From a virus (taxonomy: Duplodnaviria > Heunggongvirae > Uroviricota > Caudoviricetes), in IMG/VR virus record IMGVR_UViG_3300027734_000050, positions 1 to 64,000 of that record: a stretch of 64,000 nucleotides of DNA, one strand, 5' to 3'. Below the pieces are notes generated by a model, which saw nothing but the letters and a program-made list of their open reading frames with translations, was not told the DNA's origin and searched no databases. Shown here piece after piece: positions 1 to 8,956 of the stretch (its first letter is position 1; each line of letters opens with the position of its first letter). A program made the translations under genes and the position numbers.

Positions 1-81
1 TGCACATCGGTTGGAACGCGAACTGATTGCTCAGTATGCACCTGCACTGAACACAGATGTTCGCGTGAAGCAAAACGGTTG
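1..81 (+). CDS. 3' end of an upstream gene (partial, C-terminus only)
   Basis: Frame 3 is open from the window edge to TGA at 79-81 and is followed immediately by a consensus promoter. Confidence 0.3.
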
Positions 82-107
82 ACCAGAAATCACCGTTTTG
101 CTATAAT
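79..107 (+). promoter_or_regulatory. sigma70-type promoter: TTGACC, 17-nt spacer, TATAAT (extended tgcTATAATacaca motif)
   Basis: TTGACC at 79-84 and TATAAT at 102-107 with a 17-nt spacer. The same tgcTATAATacac motif recurs near 1450, 2479, 28336, 28872 and 31423. Confidence 0.6.
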
Positions 108-133
108 ACACATATCGCAACAAGGAGATCCGT

Positions 134-328
134 ATGATGACTTCAATTTTTATCGTTCGTGCAGAGACCCGGGGATGCCCTGAGAGTTATATTTCTGGTG
201 TTTATCCCACAGCAGAATTAGCACAGGCTCGTGTCGATTTCATGCTAACTGATGGGATGGACTTGGCATGGTATGACGAAGTAAAAGTTGGCCCCGATGG
301 TGCTGACTGTATGCTTTGCAATCGCTAA
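134..328 (+). CDS. hypothetical small protein (64 aa)
   Basis: ORF preceded by AAGGAG 7 nt upstream of the ATG. It lies downstream of the promoter. Confidence 0.5.
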   Translation: MMTSIFIVRAETRGCPESYISGVYPTAELAQARVDFMLTDGMDLAWYDEVKVGPDGADCMLCNR

Positions 329-341
329 CAAGGAGCACAAG

Positions 342-539
342 ATGACTATGGTAGCAAAGATGACAGACGGCCGCATGGTCGAAGTCGTGCGGGTTGCTGA
401 CACCGTGGGCTTCAGTTCTGACCGTGGGTGGGTTATGGTCTGCTTTGACTTTGAGAAGGCTGATCGCAAGCGCGAACACTTCAAGTGGGTTCCTGCTGAG
501 ACCCGATTTGATTGGGTTAGAGAATTTGTTTTTGTTTAA
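342..539 (+). CDS. hypothetical small protein (65 aa)
   Basis: ATG at 342 is preceded by the RBS AAGGAGCACAAG. It is in frame with the 288-539 ORF. Confidence 0.5.
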   Translation: MTMVAKMTDGRMVEVVRVADTVGFSSDRGWVMVCFDFEKADRKREHFKWVPAETRFDWVREFVFV

Positions 540-551
540 CGCAAGGAGCGT

Positions 552-803
552 ATGATGGCAATCGTTTGGAATGTTCAAGTATATCGGGTCAATCCCGAGA
601 CTGCCCGCCCCGACTTCTACAAGGTCCTAAGCGAGCGAGAGTTCGCGGTCGAAGGTGAGGCATATACAGGAGCGGCCGAAGAAGAGGCATATGGATATGC
701 GGCAGTTTACAACCGTGAGCACTTCTACAATCACCCAGATACTCCTACAGGCTTTGCCTTTGTGACTGGACGGATTGACACTGAGACCGGAGAGAACCTG
801 TGA
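552..803 (+). CDS. hypothetical protein (83 aa)
   Basis: RBS GCAAGGAGCG precedes the ATG at 552. Confidence 0.5.
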   Translation: MMAIVWNVQVYRVNPETARPDFYKVLSEREFAVEGEAYTGAAEEEAYGYAAVYNREHFYNHPDTPTGFAFVTGRIDTETGENL

Positions 804-1006
804 ACGAACGAATTGATCAACTGTGGGGCCAAGCCTTGGATGCAGCAGTGCCTGAAACATACAGCCGACTGAGTTACAGCCAAGTGCTCAAAATCAAACA
901 GGTGTTCGCCGAGTTGATTGTGAGAGAATGTGCCCTAGTTGTTCACAAAAAGACTGGTCCTAAATCGGCATTGAATGTATTAGACCATTTTGGAGTTGAA
1001 GAATGA
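800..1006 (+). CDS. hypothetical protein (68 aa), tandem paralog of 1003-1239
   Basis: GTG start overlaps the upstream stop. Begins MNERI and ends FGVEE like the next gene. Confidence 0.45.
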   Translation: MNERIDQLWGQALDAAVPETYSRLSYSQVLKIKQVFAELIVRECALVVHKKTGPKSALNVLDHFGVEE

Positions 1007-1239
1007 ACGAACGAATAGAAAAACTTATCTCTGAGGCTATCGAGGCGATTCCTGACCATGTGGAATTTAATTTGCCTAAAGAGTTTACAGAAAAGTTCGC
1101 CGAACTGATTGTGCGGGACTGTTTGAATATTGCTAAAAATTGGGATGATCAACTGGTAAATGCCAATCTTGTTAAAGAATCAAATGCGGTAGGCATTGTG
1201 ACATATAGAATCGCACGACAATTTGGAGTTGAAGAATGA
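1003..1239 (+). CDS. hypothetical protein (78 aa), tandem paralog of 800-1006
   Basis: Begins MNERIEKL, contains FAELIVR(D/E)C and ends FGVEE, as in the preceding ORF. ATGA overlap. Confidence 0.5.
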   Translation: MNERIEKLISEAIEAIPDHVEFNLPKEFTEKFAELIVRDCLNIAKNWDDQLVNANLVKESNAVGIVTYRIARQFGVEE

Positions 1240-1454
1240 CTAAATCTATGATAACACGCACCCAGGAACAACGACAAGAGATCGATGCCAAATACAACGA
1301 ACTCTGCTCTGCGCTGACTGAGTTTGATTTCCAACTGCGGGAATTCACTCGACTATTTGATCCATGCATAGATGACATCTACCAAAGGACCCAGGGTGTG
1401 CATGATCTCTTGATGGAAATAGATGAGGAATTGATTGACGAGTTTGGCGAGTGA
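1236..1454 (+). CDS. hypothetical protein (72 aa)
   Basis: ORF with ATGA stop/start overlap to the upstream gene. Confidence 0.45.
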   Translation: MTKSMITRTQEQRQEIDAKYNELCSALTEFDFQLREFTRLFDPCIDDIYQRTQGVHDLLMEIDEELIDEFGE

Positions 1455-1481
1455 TGCTATAATACACCCAAGAGGTAAATC

Positions 1482-1856
1482 ATGAGCAAAGAAATCACTG
1501 TGGCAATGCTGGACCGCACAATTCAATTGTGCAGGCAAAATGCATTTTGGGGCAAACCTTCTGCTGTGCCGCGGGTGCTGGATTTCTACTTTGAAAAGAC
1601 TCGAACCAGTGTGAAAGAAGATTGGCCCGACTCATTCTCATTTCAGGACCTGGCTCGGGCTCTGGGCGAGGACCCAGTGCGGTATAGGATTTACTACAGC
1701 CGAGATAATCTTACTCTACGGCTGTTTGTATTCCGTCCTCGATGCACCTGGGACGAACGGAAAATCATGTTGGACTTGGGGTTTGTTGTTGCTAATGATG
1801 GCGATACAGAAAACATCCCGGACCAACCTCAAGCGGAAGAAAATGAAACTATCTGA
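1482..1856 (+). CDS. hypothetical protein (124 aa)
   Basis: ORF with RBS AGAGGTAAATC upstream. A tgcTATAATacac promoter motif lies at 1447-1460. Confidence 0.5.
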   Translation: MSKEITVAMLDRTIQLCRQNAFWGKPSAVPRVLDFYFEKTRTSVKEDWPDSFSFQDLARALGEDPVRYRIYYSRDNLTLRLFVFRPRCTWDERKIMLDLGFVVANDGDTENIPDQPQAEENETI

Positions 1857-2247
1857 ACACAGTCGAAACCGTCTGCTGCATTCTTTCTCACTGTGGGATG
1901 TGCCGCAGGAATACAGCCAGCATGTGTATGACTATCTAGTAAATGGCTGGCCGCCGGGCAGTTTCTACACCGCGGTGTTTGCCAATGATTTTGTGAGTGC
2001 CATGGTGAGTAGCCATCCTGGCAATAGAATAGACCCACTGAAAAATCTCGCAGGCTGGATGCTCAATCACATGCCCGTGCAAGCCCGCGGCAGTTATGAT
2101 CGTGTAAGCAAATGGATTGGCATGAGCGATGACCATCGTAGAACTGTACTGGAACAGGCCAAGTTGATCTACGATACCAAAACAGAAGTGTGGTTGATCT
2201 TGAAAAACGAACACACCAGCGATCCATATGATCGGGCAGTAGCATGA
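1843..2247 (+). CDS. hypothetical protein (~134 aa)
   Basis: Internal ATG (MKLSEHS...) of the 1726-2247 ORF. Chosen to avoid overlap with 1482-1856. Confidence 0.4.
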   Translation: MKLSEHSRNRLLHSFSLWDVPQEYSQHVYDYLVNGWPPGSFYTAVFANDFVSAMVSSHPGNRIDPLKNLAGWMLNHMPVQARGSYDRVSKWIGMSDDHRRTVLEQAKLIYDTKTEVWLILKNEHTSDPYDRAVA

Positions 2248-2459
2248 AACCCGTATCAGCCCGCGGTGCGACAGGACACTTGATCTCGGTCATGGGCAAG
2301 ACCATGTTCCGTGTGTATGATCAGGATCACAACTTCACGGACTATGACATCCATCACGCAGATCTCGAAGTCACTATCACTGACCCGGATGCGTTCTTCT
2401 ACCGTGATGAATTCACGGATCGGCTGGATCACGGCCCTGACACATTAGGACTGGATTGA
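2244..2459 (+). CDS. hypothetical protein (71 aa)
   Basis: ORF with ATGA overlap to the upstream gene. Confidence 0.4.
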   Translation: MKPVSARGATGHLISVMGKTMFRVYDQDHNFTDYDIHHADLEVTITDPDAFFYRDEFTDRLDHGPDTLGLD

Positions 2460-2484
2460 CCGGTATCTCCAATACTGCTATAAT
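2456..2484 (+). promoter_or_regulatory. sigma70-type promoter: TTGACC, 17-nt spacer, TATAAT
   Basis: TTGACC at 2456-2461 and TATAAT at 2479-2484, with the same extended motif tgcTATAATacacac. Confidence 0.6.
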
Positions 2485-2592
2485 ACACACATGAAACGAT
2501 ACTTAATCGAATTTGCCCAATCCGCAGTGATCGCCGCTGTGATTGGATTTCCATTTGCGTTGTATTTTTACAACATGAAACCCTAAGGAATT

Positions 2593-2928
2593 GTGATGAA
2601 TAAGATTCTTGCTGCAACTTTGATCCTGGCCGTGAGCACTGCTCATGCACAATGGGACTTTGATAATTCAGGAGGTCGTATTTTTGATATGAAGAAAAAT
2701 ATGACTGCTAAAACTACCGTAGAGATAAGGTATGTCAAAGCATCTGAGGTAACAGCGGCTTGCGATGCTCAAAGTCGTAAACTTGGATTTAATGGATTTC
2801 CTAGTGGTGCATTGGCCTGTAGTTGGAATTGGCAAGATAAGTGTCTGATCATCTTTCCAGAAAAAGTAGATATGCGTACAGTAGGACATGAAATGATGCA
2901 TTGCTTACAAGGTTCGTGGCACGAATGA
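2593..2928 (+). CDS. small secreted protein with HExxH zinc-metallopeptidase motif
   Basis: N-terminal signal peptide MMNKILAATLILAVSTAHA. The motif HEMMHC lies near the C-terminus. RBS GGAATTG present. Confidence 0.5.
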   Translation: MMNKILAATLILAVSTAHAQWDFDNSGGRIFDMKKNMTAKTTVEIRYVKASEVTAACDAQSRKLGFNGFPSGALACSWNWQDKCLIIFPEKVDMRTVGHEMMHCLQGSWHE

Positions 2929-3381
2929 TTCACCCGCTGCTTCGCCGACGATTTGAAACTGCCCGAGCCGATGGTGCAGGTACCCGAGCACGAGCACGAT
3001 TGCGATTGATAACCTGGGCCGGGTGGTTATGGGGTTTTATCCGAGGATGATAACATGAACATTGAAGAATACGCTGACCAACTAGAAGAACAGGTTCCTA
3101 GTTGGGTAGTCAGCACCTTTGGATCTTGGCCCGTGGAAACACGACTGTACATGTATCTGCATCACTTGCAGTTGGCCCGCATGGATGAATTTGTTCAACT
3201 GTTGAAGGAGCGATAGCATGTGGGCATTGTTAGTGATTACAATCATAAACGGTGGAGAGGCGCCATCTAAGTTCGAGACTGTGAACTATCCCACCTTGCA
3301 GGCTTGTATGCAAGCCAGGGCAGAGGCAGAACGCAAGCCTGCTGCACATGGCTATTGCAGTTTTGAACCAAGGAAATCTTT

Positions 3382-3795
3382 ATGAGCAAACCTGCACATC
3401 CCGGCAGCATCACAACATGGGCCAAGCGACCCAAGTGTCAGATTGATGGCTGTGAGAATGATGCTAAGTTTGAATACCAGTACGATGATGGCACATGGAA
3501 ATGGCGTGTGAGGCACGGTAAAATTATCTGTACTGCTCATCAAAAGTCCAGCTGGCATCCGTATCTTCGGCATCGTAAAGATTACTGCGAAAATGTTTCT
3601 GGTTTTTTAGGATTTAAATGTACAACTAATATATACTGGAATGGTATGTTAGATGTAGATCATAAAAATGGCAATCCCGGCGATAATAGAAAACGGAATT
3701 TGCAGACATTGTGTAAATGCTGCCATGCATACAAAACAAACAAGAACAAAGATGGACAAACTCCAGGTAGACTAGCATTAGGGATAAAATCATGA
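3382..3795 (+). CDS. HNH endonuclease
   Basis: Motif DVDHKNGNPGDNRKRNLQTLCKCCH, which is an HNH core flanked by Cys zinc ligands. Confidence 0.7.
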   Translation: MSKPAHPGSITTWAKRPKCQIDGCENDAKFEYQYDDGTWKWRVRHGKIICTAHQKSSWHPYLRHRKDYCENVSGFLGFKCTTNIYWNGMLDVDHKNGNPGDNRKRNLQTLCKCCHAYKTNKNKDGQTPGRLALGIKS

Positions 3796-3923
3796 TCAAA
3801 TACATCACCAACCGTTATGAAAGTGTAGTGCTGCCTTGGGAGCCGGGCTTGATTGAATGGCTACATGAACACTATCCCAGGAGTAAATACCGCATAGTAG
3901 AAGTATCCGCTGAATAAGAATTT

Positions 3924-3998
3924 GGGCCAATAGCTTAATGGTAAAGCAACCGACTCATAATCGGTCGAGTCTTGGTTCAATTCCAAGTTGGCCCACCA
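3924..3998 (+). tRNA. tRNA-Met/Ile2 (anticodon CAT)
   Basis: Acceptor stem GGGCCAA/TTGGCCC, T-loop GGTTCAATTCC and anticodon loop CTCATAA. The 3' CCA is encoded. Confidence 0.8.
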
Positions 3999-4004
3999 TT
4001 TACA

Positions 4005-4415
4005 ATGAAGAGAACCGTTGACTACAATCTAGAAAAGGACATCCGGTCATGTGAGTGGATGCTGAAAAAGGTCATGGACAGTGAGACCTACGCACAGAAT
4101 CTCTATGCAGCCATGTGCAACAATGTGTTCCAACCCAACCAAGTATGGCCTCGACTCAAAGATGAATACTGGTCATGCTCATGGCGAGCAGCCGGCGGTA
4201 TCATTGCCGACTTGAGAGGTCAAGACGAAGCCGATGGTATCGTTGCCGAATTGAGAGGGCAAGGCGATTACATGGACTGGTATTGCTCGGGCATCTTTGG
4301 AGCAGGCGAGGCAGATAGTTATCAAGGCTATGTGAGTGAGGGCACTGTGACAGATGAGATCCGTCAAGACCTTTTTGCCATAGGGTGGACGGTAGAACCC
4401 TATCCAAAGGATTAA
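4005..4415 (+). CDS. hypothetical protein (~136 aa)
   Basis: ORF begins MKRTVDYN just after the tRNA. Confidence 0.45.
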   Translation: MKRTVDYNLEKDIRSCEWMLKKVMDSETYAQNLYAAMCNNVFQPNQVWPRLKDEYWSCSWRAAGGIIADLRGQDEADGIVAELRGQGDYMDWYCSGIFGAGEADSYQGYVSEGTVTDEIRQDLFAIGWTVEPYPKD

Positions 4416-4501
4416 AAAATTCAATAGCCTAATGCTATTAAAAAGCATTGACACATAGGTGTTGCATGCTATATACTTGCGTTGACAACCAAGGAGAACG
4501 C

Positions 4502-4951
4502 ATGTCACTCACAATCAAAAACTTAGAAAGTGCCCTGGCTGGAGAAAGCCAGGCACACATCAAATATCGTTATTTTGCAAGACTTGCTCGAGCAGAAGGC
4601 TACGAGGAAGTAGCCCGCCATTTCGAGCATACAGCAGATCAAGAACTGTTACATGCATGGAGCCACCTAGAATTGCTGATCGGAAAACCCTCAACACGGG
4701 AGTGCCTGATCCGGGCAATCGAAGGGGAAACTTACGAGTTTGAGACCATGTATCCCGAATTCCGCAGGGCTGCTGAACACGAAGGCGATGCCCGTGCTGT
4801 AGCAGAAGCCAACACTCAGATTTCTGAATCAAAAGAGCATGCAGAGCAATTTGCTGCGGTGTTGGCCCGGGCAGAGAAGAAGTTTGCTGCTCTAGCAAAG
4901 ATCGAAGCCCGCCATGCAGCGGCTTATAAAGAAAAATTGGAGTCACTATAA
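4502..4951 (+). CDS. rubrerythrin/ferritin-like di-iron protein
   Basis: The motif E..AH.KYRYFA..A matches a rubrerythrin-type ferritin-like domain, and the protein has paired EX2H-like helices. RBS AAGGAGAACG. Start at M MSLTIKN. Confidence 0.65.
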   Translation: MSLTIKNLESALAGESQAHIKYRYFARLARAEGYEEVARHFEHTADQELLHAWSHLELLIGKPSTRECLIRAIEGETYEFETMYPEFRRAAEHEGDARAVAEANTQISESKEHAEQFAAVLARAEKKFAALAKIEARHAAAYKEKLESL

Positions 4952-5085
4952 TGGAACATGTTTGTGTAGTATGTGGACACATCCACGATGAAGAAACCGA
5001 AGGCACCTGGGATTCATTGCCCGATGATTTTGTTTGCCCAGAATGCGGCTGCGGTCGAGAAGAATATCAAGACCTGGTGGTGTAG
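4951..5085 (+). CDS. rubredoxin (44 aa)
   Basis: CVVCGH...CPECG, i.e. two CxxCG knuckles. The start overlaps the rubrerythrin stop as TAATG. Confidence 0.75.
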   Translation: MEHVCVVCGHIHDEETEGTWDSLPDDFVCPECGCGREEYQDLVV

Positions 5086-5094
5086 TGTGTAAAT

Positions 5095-5772
5095 ATGGGT
5101 ATAATGCCCGACACGAGCACCCCAAAACCCCTGATCGCCCTGTTCTCTCACCATCCTGAATGCAGCAATCAATGCTGTGAGGGGATCGAAAGAGCATTAG
5201 GCAGTCACTATGATATACAAAGATTTGACGAAAAAACCCTAGATGCTGATCTCCTAGCATCTGCTGCTGTAGTGGCATTTCCTGGCGGTATTGGGGATGC
5301 TGATAGTTACTACGACTTCTTCCTACGCAAAAAAGCCAACATGGTAGCAGACTATGTGGCACAGGGTGGTAGGTATCTGGGCATCTGCATGGGAGCATAC
5401 TGGGCAGGACATTGGTTCTTTGACATCTTGCAGGATGTAAAATGCGAACAATACATCAAAAGACCCGGTGCAGATGTGCGTAAGAGTTATGGCACAGTCA
5501 CACCAGTGGACTGGCAAGGGCAACGGCACAACATGTTCTTTTGGGATGGATGTGCATTAGTCGGGGATGAAAGCAAGTTTGATGTAGTCGCTCGCTACCA
5601 AAACGGAGACCCGATGGCTATTGTGCAAGGACGGATCGGGCTGATAGGGTGCCATCCAGAGAGCACAGAAATCTGGTTCGAAAAGCCCAGGCAATACATA
5701 TCGCAGCACTGGCATCAGGGGCGGCATCATGAACTATTGTTGCGATTTGTCGACGATCTAATGAAAAAGTAG
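5095..5772 (+). CDS. class I glutamine amidotransferase-like / BPL_N-like protein
   Basis: GGIGDADSYYDF...GGRYLGICMGAY...GCHPE suggests a Cys-His-Glu triad arrangement. Confidence 0.45.
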   Translation: MGIMPDTSTPKPLIALFSHHPECSNQCCEGIERALGSHYDIQRFDEKTLDADLLASAAVVAFPGGIGDADSYYDFFLRKKANMVADYVAQGGRYLGICMGAYWAGHWFFDILQDVKCEQYIKRPGADVRKSYGTVTPVDWQGQRHNMFFWDGCALVGDESKFDVVARYQNGDPMAIVQGRIGLIGCHPESTEIWFEKPRQYISQHWHQGRHHELLLRFVDDLMKK

Positions 5773-5773
5773 G

Positions 5774-5803
5774 TTGACTCGAAACGGCTCTATGCTATAT
5801 AAT
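5774..5803 (+). promoter_or_regulatory. sigma70-type promoter (TTGACT ... TATAAT)
   Basis: TTGACTcgaaacggctctatgcTATATAAT ends about 7 nt before the ATG at 5810, so the mRNA may be leaderless. Confidence 0.45.
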
Positions 5804-5809
5804 AGGGCT

Positions 5810-6058
5810 ATGTTTAAAATCTACTACACAGATCCGGTGAGCGATGCGAGTCACTCACACAATGTTCTTACCCTGACCGAAGCCCTGCAATACACAGAAG
5901 GATGGCGGCGGATGGGCATGACTTTCGTGACCATGGTCAGTGAAAACCCCGATTCCGTGGGCCGCCCTGGTGTAGACTCAGTGGTGGATGGCAAGACTCC
6001 TGATGGAGTAGCCTACACCTGGAACAAGGCAAGTCGAATTGGAAAGACAAGGAAATAG
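5810..6058 (+). CDS. hypothetical protein (~82 aa)
   Basis: ATG at 5810 is the first start downstream of the promoter's -10 element. In frame with ORF 5774-6058. Confidence 0.4.
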   Translation: MFKIYYTDPVSDASHSHNVLTLTEALQYTEGWRRMGMTFVTMVSENPDSVGRPGVDSVVDGKTPDGVAYTWNKASRIGKTRK

Positions 6059-6059
6059 C

Positions 6060-6527
6060 ATGCCAAAGTGTTATCAGTTAGTAGGTGTGCCCGGTTCGGG
6101 TAAAAGCACCTGGCATTCGGAACAGGACTGGTTGCAGACGGCTGCCTACATCAGCACGGATCGTTATGTAGAAGAATTCGCTAAGAATATGGGCAAGACC
6201 TACAGCGAAGTGTTCAAAGAAGTCATGCCTGAATGTGTGAAATACATGACCGGTGATGCAGTCCATGCCCGTGAAGCGGGTCAAGACATTGTGTGGGATC
6301 AAACTAGCACCACAGTTGCAAGCCGTTCTCGTAAGTTTGCTATGTTGCCTGACTATGAGCATATCGCTGTGGTGTTTGCTACACCTGAACCTGCTGAACT
6401 AGTAATGAGATTAGACAGTCGTTACGATTCAGGAAAAATTATTCCAGATCAAGTAGTACAAGATATGATCAACAATTGGGAAGAACCTACCCTAGAAGAA
6501 GGTTTTAAAGAAATTTGGAGAGCATAA
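6060..6527 (+). CDS. P-loop kinase (polynucleotide-kinase/zeta-toxin-like AAA_33 fold)
   Basis: Walker A GVPGSGKST at the N-terminus. Small (~155 aa) kinase fold. Confidence 0.6.
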   Translation: MPKCYQLVGVPGSGKSTWHSEQDWLQTAAYISTDRYVEEFAKNMGKTYSEVFKEVMPECVKYMTGDAVHAREAGQDIVWDQTSTTVASRSRKFAMLPDYEHIAVVFATPEPAELVMRLDSRYDSGKIIPDQVVQDMINNWEEPTLEEGFKEIWRA

Positions 6528-7117
6528 TGCCAGCAGTATTTTTGGTATCAGACACACATTTTGGCCACAAAGGTATGTGTACTTTCACGCGATCAGACGG
6601 CGTGACCAAGTTGCGTCCATGGGACACACCCGAAGAAATGGACGAAGCCATGGTCAAGGCCTGGAACGAGCGTGTGGGTCCCAAGGACAAGGTATATCAC
6701 TTGGGCGATGTGGTGATCAACCGCAAAAGTTTAGCCACCATGAGCCGCTTGAACGGCGACAAGGTGTTGATCCGTGGTAACCACGACATCTTCCCTGACG
6801 ACGAATATCGCAAGTATTTCCGCGAGTTGCGGGCATACCATGTGATGAACGGCATGATCTTGAGCCACATCCCTATCCATGAAGAATCATTGGGCAGGTT
6901 TGGTGTGAACATCCACGGTCACTTACATGCTGCTCGTGTGATGAAGCGTGGGCCAGCCTCGGGCGAATTTGTGAGTGCTGTGGTTGATCCACGGTATCAT
7001 TGTGTGTGCGTGGAGCATACAGACTTTGCTCCTATCTTGTTTGAGGATGTGATGAAGAGGATCACTGCCGAAGGTGGGACCATTGGATTCCGCAACGGCA
7101 ACGGTCCAACTATGTAA
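6527..7117 (+). CDS. calcineurin-like metallophosphoesterase
   Basis: Motifs DTHFGH, GDVV, GNHD and GHLH are the canonical metallophosphoesterase signatures. The start overlaps the kinase stop. Confidence 0.7.
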   Translation: MPAVFLVSDTHFGHKGMCTFTRSDGVTKLRPWDTPEEMDEAMVKAWNERVGPKDKVYHLGDVVINRKSLATMSRLNGDKVLIRGNHDIFPDDEYRKYFRELRAYHVMNGMILSHIPIHEESLGRFGVNIHGHLHAARVMKRGPASGEFVSAVVDPRYHCVCVEHTDFAPILFEDVMKRITAEGGTIGFRNGNGPTM

Positions 7118-7253
7118 GGTGGTCTTCTCGCCTGCTCCCTTTCACCCACACCGAGTGATACAGCAAAGGAGAAGGGTGAAAGGGGATTGAGCCGCAGGGA
7201 CCAAATGCCTGCGTGGGATTCGGTAACCCACATTTATTAGACAGTAAAACAAC

Positions 7254-8483
7254 ATGACCAACTTCTATCTAAGACAGTGGGATTATTTACATCACACCGT
7301 CCAACCATTTTATTGGACGGTGTTCAATCATGAGACTGATCAATCAACACGATTCAACTTCAAACATGACGCTATAGTTTACAGAAAAACTTTACCACAT
7401 GCAACATTGTATTTTCATTGGTACGAAGAACAGTTTTCTAAGCTAAATGTATCAATGGAACCTCCTGAGTCATTGGCTGAGTTATACAGACAGCGAGCAC
7501 AAGAATTACGAGATGCCTACAAATATCTTAGATTAAGTTTCAGTGGTGGTGCAGATAGCTTAACCGCGTTACACAGTTTTGTAGATAATAATATACATCT
7601 TGATGAGATTGTGGTTGTGGACTACTTTGATGGATCCAACTATGACGATCCAATGAAATCGTCTGGACGAGAAATTAAGTTACATGCACTGCCATATCTA
7701 AAACAAATCGCACATCTCATACCAAATACCAAGCTCACTGTGGTCAACACCACTGCCAAAGATGACAATGATATGTTTAATGATTTTTCGGATGACCCCG
7801 AGAAGCATCCAACTTTTGATACCTTGGAAGGGCAACTGCATTTTGGGGTAGAAACTTGGTCACTGGGCAAGTTCATGATGCAGACCCCTCGCGAAAGTTG
7901 TTGCGATATCCACGGTGGTAGCAAAGTCAAACTGTTCAAGAACCGAGATAAGTGGTATTTTTATTGGGTAGATGGTGCTATGTCTGATCTAAACATGTGT
8001 GCTGCCTATCCTGAAGATTTCTTCATCAGCCGAACCATACCCAACTTGTATCTCAAAACAGTTTACTTGTTGAAAAATTTTTACATATCTCAGAAGTTTG
8101 ATGATGTCACCATCAATGAGTTTCCAGATCATCCCAAGAATCACCCGGCCTTCAATGTAGGGCTAGGCAGGAATTTGGCACCTGCACTTGCCACATACAA
8201 GACGTATTTTTCATCGCACAACCCATTGGACTGGAAGAATCATTTTATATCAGGGTGGCATTCGACCTTGTTCTTCAAGAACGTCGTAAACACCCCCGAA
8301 GGAGACAAGTGGATAAAAAACTACAAGCAAAACATAACGTCTATCATCGCAACAGCCGGTGACGAGTGGAATGTGGATAAACTAGGCAACCCGGTACCGG
8401 CATTCGGGCGCAAAGGACACTTGAGCAAGTTCTATTGTCTCAATGATGGGCGAGCCTATGACTCAGTGGATGCTAAAAAATAA
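7254..8483 (+). CDS. PP-loop superfamily ATP pyrophosphatase (409 aa)
   Basis: LRLSFSGGADSLTALH is a SGGxDS PP-loop motif, as found in TilS, MnmA, QueC and NAD-synthetase. Confidence 0.55.
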   Translation: MTNFYLRQWDYLHHTVQPFYWTVFNHETDQSTRFNFKHDAIVYRKTLPHATLYFHWYEEQFSKLNVSMEPPESLAELYRQRAQELRDAYKYLRLSFSGGADSLTALHSFVDNNIHLDEIVVVDYFDGSNYDDPMKSSGREIKLHALPYLKQIAHLIPNTKLTVVNTTAKDDNDMFNDFSDDPEKHPTFDTLEGQLHFGVETWSLGKFMMQTPRESCCDIHGGSKVKLFKNRDKWYFYWVDGAMSDLNMCAAYPEDFFISRTIPNLYLKTVYLLKNFYISQKFDDVTINEFPDHPKNHPAFNVGLGRNLAPALATYKTYFSSHNPLDWKNHFISGWHSTLFFKNVVNTPEGDKWIKNYKQNITSIIATAGDEWNVDKLGNPVPAFGRKGHLSKFYCLNDGRAYDSVDAKK

Positions 8484-8956
8484 TTTGCCTTTTTGGCAAA
8501 AAATCGCAGAAAAAGTTGCGATCAATGGTTGACAAGAGATAAATAATCCTATACAATACATGCTATGAACCAGTCGATACATCATTTATCCCTCAAACCG
8601 CTGACACAGAGTCAGGGCGTCTGCCCCACCTTGTGGTTTGCGATTGAGATGAATTATGATCGTGCGACAGGGTCAGGGGTCCGAGGAGACCTAGTATAAC
8701 ATAGCGTATACTTAACTTCCAAAGGACCCCAGGACTAAACACCCTGGGGTTCGTCTTTTATAGTGTGGAGCAACGAGGGCTCACCCCGCACTTAAAACAT
8801 GGGGAAACGGGCGGCCTGTGGGATGAAACTCCTTTTGTGGAGTGAAAAATCACAGCGTATTAAAGCATATCGGTGGCGTCACAGATCCGGGTCGGGGTGG
8901 CAGCTAACACTCAATATGCTTTAATACACGCATTCCAAAGAGTGCGTAAATAATCA
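8484..8956 (+). other. 470-nt non-coding, highly structured region (candidate ncRNA / processing region)
   Basis: No ORF of 60 aa or more. Promoter TTGACA-17-TACAAT at 8528-8556. GC-rich hairpins include ccccagg...cctgggg at 8727-8749. Confidence 0.35.
8867..8927. repeat. 14-bp perfect inverted repeat (gtattaaagcatat / atatgctttaatac) around a 33-nt GC-rich loop
   Basis: Arms at 8867-8880 and 8914-8927. The aagcatat...atatgctt core also occurs in the tmRNA intervening-segment stem at 21403/21468. Confidence 0.6.
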
